Origin: Eubacteriales bacterium | GTDB taxonomy: Bacteria; Bacillota; Clostridia; Oscillospirales; JAAYXM01 | Direction of reading: 5' to 3' | DNA length: 64,000 nucleotides | NCBI GenBank assembly: GCA_045539475.1 | Contig: JAZQFJ010000097.1 | Coordinates: 343-64,342 of the forward strand | Shown here: piece by piece, positions 58,195-64,000 of the stretch | Layout of the letters: each line of letters opens with the position of its first letter | How positions within the stretch are numbered: position 1 is the stretch's first letter | Translations under genes and position numbers: made by a program | The notes under the pieces: generated by a model | What the model saw: only the letters and a program-made list of their open reading frames with translations | Told to the model about the DNA's origin: nothing | The model's database searches: none

Positions 58195-58302
58195 TCATTT
58201 CTTCGTAAGGTCCTTTACTACTTCAAGAATATGATCAGCTTGTGTAGGTGTAAGCTTTTCAAAAGAAATGGTATTAACTCTGTAGCAGATATAGAAGAAC
58301 AG
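58195..58302 (-). pseudogene. Fragment of an XRE-type regulator gene (C-terminal part)
   Basis: Minus frame reads LFFYIC...FEKLTPTQADHILEVVKDLTKK* with no start or HTH; resembles C-termini of clostridial XRE proteins. Confidence 0.45.
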
Positions 58303-58312
58303 ATGCTTGATA

Positions 58313-58561
58313 TTATATTTTAATATCAAGATCTTCAAAGAAATCATCGTATGAACAATTATATATTTTCTTTAATTCAATAAGCACACTGGCACGTATG
58401 TTGAGTTCTCCGGCTTCGTATTTTGCGTATGTGCTTCGCCCAATGTCGCATCCGCGACGTTGAAGTTCGGCGCAAAGTTTTTCTTGTGAAATATCATAAG
58501 CAAATCTTAACTTTCTTAAGTTATCACCCATATTACGGTCGCGTCTGATTTTTTGTTCCAT
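58313..58561 (-). CDS. XRE-family helix-turn-helix regulator
   Basis: LRKLR...SQEKL...STYAKYEAG; GGGGTG RBS. Confidence 0.88.
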   Translation of the reverse strand: MEQKIRRDRNMGDNLRKLRFAYDISQEKLCAELQRRGCDIGRSTYAKYEAGELNIRASVLIELKKIYNCSYDDFFEDLDIKI

Positions 58562-58597
58562 GAATTACACCCCATAAATAAAAATGACCAGTATTGG

Positions 58598-58626
58598 TTG
58601 CAATTATTTATATTCTATGATATAAT
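58598..58626 (+). promoter_or_regulatory. Sigma-A promoter flanked by inverted TGACCAGTAT boxes
   Basis: TTGCAA-17 nt-TATAAT with TG extension. Confidence 0.6.
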
Positions 58627-58673
58627 CAAAGAAAATATTGTCCGCTATACTGGTCAGAAACGGGGTGGTATCT

Positions 58674-59195
58674 ATGGAATCAAAACAACATGCCTGTTGC
58701 TTTTTTGGACACAGGAAGATTGAAAATGGGGAAGAGCTGGAAATCAGGTTGACCAGTATTATCGAAGATTTAATCATAAATAAAAAGGTTGATATTTTCC
58801 TTTTTGGCAGCAAGAGTGAGTTTGACTCTCTTTGCCGCGAAGTCGTGTCAAAGTTTCGCAAAAAATATCCTCACATAAAGCGGATTTATGTGAGGGCAGA
58901 ATATCCTGAGATTACAGAGCACTATAAAAAATATCTTCTTGAGGACTATGAGGACACGTATTATCCGGAACGAATTGCAGATGCAGGGCGGGCGGTATAT
59001 GTTGAGCGCAACTGCGAGATGATTGACAACAGTGCTTGGTGTGTTGTTTACTGCAACGAAAACTACATACCACCTGAAAGAAAAAACGGTAAAAACAGCT
59101 CTGTTCCGAGTTGCCGACCAAACAGCGGAACAAAGCGAGCCTATGATTATGCAAAGAGAAAGGGAAGACGGATTATAAATACATACCACGGCTGA
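58674..59195 (+). CDS. Hypothetical protein, SLOG/YspA (DUF1273)-like
   Basis: CCFFGHR, RNCEMID, SGTKRAYDYA pattern typical of SLOG/YspA-like folds. Confidence 0.65.
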   Translation: MESKQHACCFFGHRKIENGEELEIRLTSIIEDLIINKKVDIFLFGSKSEFDSLCREVVSKFRKKYPHIKRIYVRAEYPEITEHYKKYLLEDYEDTYYPERIADAGRAVYVERNCEMIDNSAWCVVYCNENYIPPERKNGKNSSVPSCRPNSGTKRAYDYAKRKGRRIINTYHG

Positions 59196-59229
59196 AATCG
59201 GACGTTTTCCGTTTTCAGCCGTGGTTTTT
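59185..59229 (+). terminator. Terminator of SLOG-like gene
   Basis: accacggctgaaa/tttcagccgtggt plus T-tract. Confidence 0.75.
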
Positions 59230-59236
59230 GTTTGCA

Positions 59237-59269
59237 AAAAATCTCCCGACGAATTTTTCGTCGGGAGAT
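59237..59269 (-). terminator. Terminator of PFOR gene
   Basis: atctcccgacgaa/ttcgtcgggagat with T-tract on minus strand. Confidence 0.8.
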
Positions 59270-59288
59270 CAGATTATTTAAAGCAATA

Positions 59289-62200
59289 TTACTTGCCTGC
59301 GCGCTTTGCGTACTTATCGTACTTAGCCTTTGCAGCAGCTTCTGCCTTTGCGAAGAGCTCTTCTGCTCTTTCTGGGAACTGCTGTGCAAGACGTGCATAA
59401 CGTGTTTCGCTCTTGATGAAGTCGACGTAGTTAGCAGTCGGCTCCTTGGAGTCAAGGGTGAATGCCTTGTCTGCTTCAAGAGTCGGGTTGTAGCGGAACA
59501 TCTGCCAGTAACCAGCTTCAACAGCCTTCTTCATTTCAACCTGGCAGTTGACCATGCCGCCCTTAACACCGTGCATTTCGCAAGGAGCGTAGCCGATGAT
59601 GAGTGACGGACCCGGATATGCCTCAGCCTCTGCAAGAGCCTTGAGTGTCTGGTTCATATCAGCACCCATAGCAACCTGTGCAACGTAAACATAACCGTAG
59701 GACATTGCAATCTCAGCGAGATTCTTCTTAACGATGTTCTTACCTGCAGCTGCGAACTGTGCAACCTGACCGATGTTGGAGGACTTGGAAGCCTGACCGC
59801 CGGTGTTGGAGTAAACTTCTGTGTCGAAGACCATAACGTTTACATCTTCGCCGGAAGCGAGAACGTGGTCAAGACCGCCGAAGCCGATGTCGTATGCCCA
59901 ACCGTCGCCACCGAAGATCCAGACGGACTTCTTGGAGAGGTAATCACGCTCTGCGAGGATGGAAGCACACTTCTCGCACTTATCAGCAACCTTTTCAAGC
60001 TCTGCAACGAGTGCCTTTGTAGCAGCCTCATTTGCTTCGCCGTTGTCCTTTGTATCAAGGTAGTTCTGTGCTACAGCCTTAAGCTCAGCGGATGCCTTGT
60101 CGCCTGCTACGATATCTTCGATAGAAGCGATGAGGCGCTCGCGGATTGCCTTCTGACCGAGGTACATACCAAGACCGTGCTCAGCGTTGTCCTCGAAGAG
60201 GGAGTTAGCCCATGCCGGACCCTTGCCGCTTTCACGGTTTACGGTGTACGGTGTAGCCGGAGCGGAACCACCCCAGATGGATGAACAGCCTGTTGCGTTG
60301 GAGATATACATTCTCTCACCGAAGAGCTGTGTGATAAGACGTGCGTAAGAGGTTTCAGCACAACCTGCGCAAGAGCCGGAGAACTCGAGGAGCGGCTGCT
60401 TGAACTGGCTGCCCTTGATTGTCTTGTTGATAAGCTCGGGCTTCTCGGAAACGTTTGCAACGCAGTAGTCGAATACCGGCTGCTGATCAAGCTGTGTAGC
60501 CTGCTTTGTCATTTCGATAGCCTTCTTCTCCGGATTGCCGTCCTTCTCAGCCTTAGCTGTTACCGGGCAAGCCTTTACGCAGAGAGTACATCCCATGCAG
60601 TCCATCGGGCTGATAGCCATTGTGAACTTATAGTCTGTCTTGAGAACCGGCTTCTCTGTGTACTTTGTAGCAGCCGGAGCATTTGCAGCTTCTTCAGCTG
60701 TAAGAGCGAACGGACGGATTGTTGCGTGCGGACAAACGAATGCACAGTTGTTACACTGGATGCAGTTTTCGGGATGCCATACCGGAACGTTAACAGCAAC
60801 GCCGCGCTTCTCGTAAGCAGCGGAACCCTGCGGGAATGTACCGTCTGCCATATCCTTGAATGCGGAAACCGGGAGAGAGTCACCCTGCATGCGGGAAACA
60901 GGCTCAACGATGTTGTTGACAAAGTCAACGAGATCCTTACGTGTGCCTGTTGCCGGTGCCTTCGGAGCATCTTCGCCTGCGTTCTTCCAGGAAGCCGGAA
61001 CATTAACTTCAACTGCTGCGTTTGCACCAGCATCAATAGCCTTGTAGTTAAGCTCAACGATAGCTTCGCCCTTCTTGATGTAGGACTTGTATGCCATCTT
61101 CTTCATATATTCAATTGCTTCGTCCTTCGGAAGGATGTTTGCAAGAGAGAAGAATGCAGACTGGAGAATTGTGTTCTTAACCTTTGCATTGCCGATGTCC
61201 TTGGAAGCGATTGTTGTAGCATCAATGATGTAGAACTTTACATCGTTGTTTGCAATGTAGGACTTAACGGATGCCGGAAGCATCTTATCAAGCTCTTCGA
61301 CAGACCAGCTGCAGTCGAGCATGAAGGTGCCGCCCGGAACAACGTCCTCAACAATCTTGTATCCCTTAAGGATGTAAGAAGAGTTGTGGCAGGCAACGAA
61401 GTTTGCCTTGTTGATATAGTAAGGTGACTTGATAGCCTTATCGCCGAAGCGGAGATGGGAAATCGTGATACCGCCTGTCTTCTTGGAGTCATACTGGAAG
61501 TATGCCTGAATGAACTTGTCGGTATGGTCACCGATAATCTTGATGGAGTTCTTGTTAGCACCGACAGTACCGTCGCCGCCGAGACCCCAGAACTTGCAGG
61601 AGATTGTGCCCTCTGCAGCAGTGTCCGGGCATTCCTTCTCTTCAAGAGAAAGACCTGTAACGTCGTCTACGATGCCGAGGGTAAAGCCGTTCTTCGGCTC
61701 CGGCATAGCAAGGTTTGCAAATGTTGCAAAGATGCTTGCAGGCGGAGTGTCCTTAGAACCGAGACCGTAGCGGCCGCCGACGATCTTAACGTCGTTCTTG
61801 CCGAGAGAAGCAAGAGCTGTAACAACGTCGAGGTAAAGCGGCTCACCGAGGGAACCGGGTTCTTTTGTTCTGTCAAGAACTGCAATCTTCTTAACGGAAG
61901 CCGGAATAGCCTCGAGAAGCTTTTCTGCAACGAACGGACGGTAAAGGCGAACCTTGATAAGACCGACCTTCTCGCCGTGTGCGTTCATATAGTCGATAAC
62001 TTCTTCTGCAACGTCGCAGATGGAGCCCATAGCGATAATTACGCGGTCTGCATCCGGAGCACCGTAGTAGTTAAAGAGCTTGTAGTTTGTGCCGAGCTTT
62101 GCATTGACCTTATCCATGTATTCTTCAACGATAGCCGGGAGAGCGTTGTAGTATTCATTACATGCTTCTCTGTGCTGGAAGAAGATATCACCGTTCTCAG

Positions 62201-62876
62201 CAGAGCCGCGGAGAACCGGATGCTCAGGATTAATAGCACGTGCACGGAATGCCTTGATCGCATCCATGTCTACCATTTCCTTGAGGTCTTCGTAGTCCCA
62301 AGCTTCGATCTTCTGGATTTCGTGGGATGTTCTGAAGCCGTCGAAGAAGTTGAGGAACGGAACGCGGCCCTTGATTGTTGCGAGGTGAGCAACAGCGCCG
62401 AGGTCCATGATTTCCTGCTGGTTTGTTTCAGCCATCATAGCATAACCTGTCTGGCGGCATGCGTAAACGTCTGAGTGGTCGCCGAAGATGTTAAGAGCGT
62501 GGGAAGCAACGCAACGAGCAGAAACGTGGATAACGCTCGGGAGAAGCTCACCTGCGATCTTGTACATGTTCGGAATCATAAGAAGAAGACCCTGGGAAGC
62601 AGTGTAGGTGGTGGTGAGAGCACCTGCTGCGAGGGAGCCGTGAACAGCACCTGCAGCACCGCCTTCAGACTGCATTTCAACCATCTTGACTCTGTCGCCA
62701 AAGATGTTTCTTGCGGGTTCTCCGAAAATGTTTTTGTCTGTTGCAGACCATGTGTCTGTAACTTCAGCCATCGGGCTGGAAGGTGTGATCGGGTAAATAG
62801 CGGCAACTTCCGTAAACGCATAGCTTACGTGAGCGGCAGCTGTATTACCGTCCATGGAAACTTTTCTTCTTGCCAT
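59289..62876 (-). CDS. nifJ: Pyruvate:ferredoxin (flavodoxin) oxidoreductase
   Basis: YPITPSS, MQSEGGAAG, two ferredoxin CxxCxxC motifs, GSCAGC, GGDGWAYDIG; AGGAGG RBS before ATG 62876. Confidence 0.96.
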   Translation of the reverse strand: MARRKVSMDGNTAAAHVSYAFTEVAAIYPITPSSPMAEVTDTWSATDKNIFGEPARNIFGDRVKMVEMQSEGGAAGAVHGSLAAGALTTTYTASQGLLLMIPNMYKIAGELLPSVIHVSARCVASHALNIFGDHSDVYACRQTGYAMMAETNQQEIMDLGAVAHLATIKGRVPFLNFFDGFRTSHEIQKIEAWDYEDLKEMVDMDAIKAFRARAINPEHPVLRGSAENGDIFFQHREACNEYYNALPAIVEEYMDKVNAKLGTNYKLFNYYGAPDADRVIIAMGSICDVAEEVIDYMNAHGEKVGLIKVRLYRPFVAEKLLEAIPASVKKIAVLDRTKEPGSLGEPLYLDVVTALASLGKNDVKIVGGRYGLGSKDTPPASIFATFANLAMPEPKNGFTLGIVDDVTGLSLEEKECPDTAAEGTISCKFWGLGGDGTVGANKNSIKIIGDHTDKFIQAYFQYDSKKTGGITISHLRFGDKAIKSPYYINKANFVACHNSSYILKGYKIVEDVVPGGTFMLDCSWSVEELDKMLPASVKSYIANNDVKFYIIDATTIASKDIGNAKVKNTILQSAFFSLANILPKDEAIEYMKKMAYKSYIKKGEAIVELNYKAIDAGANAAVEVNVPASWKNAGEDAPKAPATGTRKDLVDFVNNIVEPVSRMQGDSLPVSAFKDMADGTFPQGSAAYEKRGVAVNVPVWHPENCIQCNNCAFVCPHATIRPFALTAEEAANAPAATKYTEKPVLKTDYKFTMAISPMDCMGCTLCVKACPVTAKAEKDGNPEKKAIEMTKQATQLDQQPVFDYCVANVSEKPELINKTIKGSQFKQPLLEFSGSCAGCAETSYARLITQLFGERMYISNATGCSSIWGGSAPATPYTVNRESGKGPAWANSLFEDNAEHGLGMYLGQKAIRERLIASIEDIVAGDKASAELKAVAQNYLDTKDNGEANEAATKALVAELEKVADKCEKCASILAERDYLSKKSVWIFGGDGWAYDIGFGGLDHVLASGEDVNVMVFDTEVYSNTGGQASKSSNIGQVAQFAAAGKNIVKKNLAEIAMSYGYVYVAQVAMGADMNQTLKALAEAEAYPGPSLIIGYAPCEMHGVKGGMVNCQVEMKKAVEAGYWQMFRYNPTLEADKAFTLDSKEPTANYVDFIKSETRYARLAQQFPERAEELFAKAEAAAKAKYDKYAKRAGK

Positions 62877-62971
62877 GTTTATTTTCCTCCTTAGTTTTTT
62901 TCCAATATAATATTGTAGCACTTTTTCACTCAAAAGTAAACAGTTAAATACTACAAAACCATCATTTTTAA

Positions 62972-62989
62972 TAGTTAATTATGTAACAA
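62972..62989. promoter_or_regulatory. Possible Rex operator upstream of PFOR
   Basis: TAGTTAAttatGTAACAA, 2 mismatches to clostridial Rex box TTGTTAA-N4-TTAACAA. Confidence 0.4.
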
Positions 62990-63019
62990 TGTGCCATTTT
63001 TACATAATTCTGAGAAGTT

Positions 63020-63580
63020 TCAGATTATAAGCTCTGAAAGCGGACGCTTGGGAACATGATGAACGCGTTCTTCATCGCGCCAGTATTTTATTTCGCCGTC
63101 AACAGATTCTTCAATAACAACGGTCTCAACGGGCTTGCCGAGCGCGATTACAAGCATAATCTCGTGCTTGTCCGAAAGCCCGAGGATTTCAGACAGCTCT
63201 TTTCTCCTTATGCTGCCTAACATGCATCCGCCTAAGTTCATTTCCGCTGCACGGAGAAGAATCGTCTGTGCCATAATGCCGACGTCCATAACGTTGCCTT
63301 TTCCGAGCGTGTCATCATTGACGATTGTGATATACCCGCTCGGGCGTTCTCCGGGAATCGGTGTGCCGTCCTTTAAATATCCTGCCCACGCAAGCGTGGA
63401 AAAGACCTTTTCGCATTCCTCACCGGAGGGGGTGAGGCGGAATTTGAAGAACTGGCGGTTTGCACCGCTTGGCGTGATGCGCGCATATGAGCACAGCTCT
63501 CGCAAAACGTCCTCCGAAATCTCAAAGGACTCATCAAAACGGCGGTATGAACGGTTTTTCAAAACCAAATCATAAAGCAT
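63020..63580 (-). CDS. Nitroreductase family protein
   Basis: NRSYRRF, PSGANRQ, GGCMLGS, HVPKR. Confidence 0.9.
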   Translation of the reverse strand: MLYDLVLKNRSYRRFDESFEISEDVLRELCSYARITPSGANRQFFKFRLTPSGEECEKVFSTLAWAGYLKDGTPIPGERPSGYITIVNDDTLGKGNVMDVGIMAQTILLRAAEMNLGGCMLGSIRRKELSEILGLSDKHEIMLVIALGKPVETVVIEESVDGEIKYWRDEERVHHVPKRPLSELII

Positions 63581-63592
63581 AATTATATAATC

Positions 63593-64000
63593 CTACTTCT
63601 TGATAATTGTTCCGTAAACTTCGCCGGAGAGAGCAGCTGCGTTGGACTCGTCAGTGTCAACGTGCATTGCCGGAGCAAACTTCTCGCTTACGCGGACAAC
63701 AACATCATCGAATACGAGGGAACGTGCGCTGTCAATCTTAACGCAAACGATTTCTTTGTCAGCAACGTTAAACTCTGCTGCTTCCTTCGGAGTGAGGTGG
63801 ATGTGGCGCTGTGCAGCGATAACACCCTCTGTAAGCTCAACCTCGCCTGCAGGTCCTACGATTTTGCAAGCTGCGCTGCCTGCAACGTCGCCACTTTCAC
63901 GGATCGGAGCTGCAACGCCGAGTGTACGTGCGTCTGTGAGGGAAACCTCAACCTGAGTTGCAGGACGCTCCGGACCGAGGATGGAAACGTTTGCGATTTC
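63593..64000 (-). CDS. pduL: Phosphate propanoyl/acetyltransferase PduL, 3' part (runs off the window)
   Basis: Minus-strand frame read by hand (absent from the ORF track): ILGPERPATQVEVSLTDARTLG...QRHIHLTP...FDDVVVRVS...MHVDTDESNAA...IIKK*. Confidence 0.88.
   Translation of the reverse strand, partial: EIANVSILGPERPATQVEVSLTDARTLGVAAPIRESGDVAGSAACKIVGPAGEVELTEGVIAAQRHIHLTPKEAAEFNVADKEIVCVKIDSARSLVFDDVVVRVSEKFAPAMHVDTDESNAAALSGEVYGTIIKK

Noticed and set aside
59865-62894. Long antisense ORFs opposite PFOR (e.g. 61455-62474, 60726-61427)
   Set aside because: Shadow ORFs caused by strong codon bias of a highly expressed gene; no recognisable motifs
63642-63956. Plus-strand 104-aa ORF
   Set aside because: Antisense shadow of pduL, which is clearly encoded on the minus strand

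Overview
Chromosomal segment of a spore-forming Clostridia-class Firmicute (Oscillospiraceae/Ruminococcaceae-like by gene content; taxonomy is inference). 1-23.3 kb: housekeeping and sporulation genes (recJ-relA-dtd-MBL hydrolase-hemZ, yabM-mazG-hup-yabO-yabP-yabQ-divIC-yabR, spoIIP, mnmE and others). 23.3-28.9 kb: a type II-A CRISPR-Cas9 locus. Its interference half looks intact (cas9, tracrRNA, 6 repeats/5 spacers). Its adaptation half is destroyed: one deletion fuses the first ~10 codons of cas1 to the inside of cas2, and csn2 has a premature TAG. The best candidate cas9 promoter would transcribe through the tracrRNA in antisense, and the leader carries a 16-nt anti-repeat. 31.4-54.8 kb: a ~23 kb co-oriented Wzx/Wzy-type polysaccharide cluster interleaved with c-di-GMP genes (an intact-motif diguanylate cyclase first, two EAL proteins at the end). 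It also encodes a co-polymerase-like protein with a degenerate GGDEF domain where Wzc has its tyrosine kinase, and a membrane metallophosphoesterase with a DnaA-domain-I-like N-terminus. This cluster is the best candidate for an undescribed system. 55-64 kb: two tandem amidohydrolase paralogs with metY, a small XRE/SLOG-like islet, pyruvate:ferredoxin oxidoreductase, a nitroreductase and the 3' part of pduL. All family calls come from reading motifs by eye; no database searches were run.
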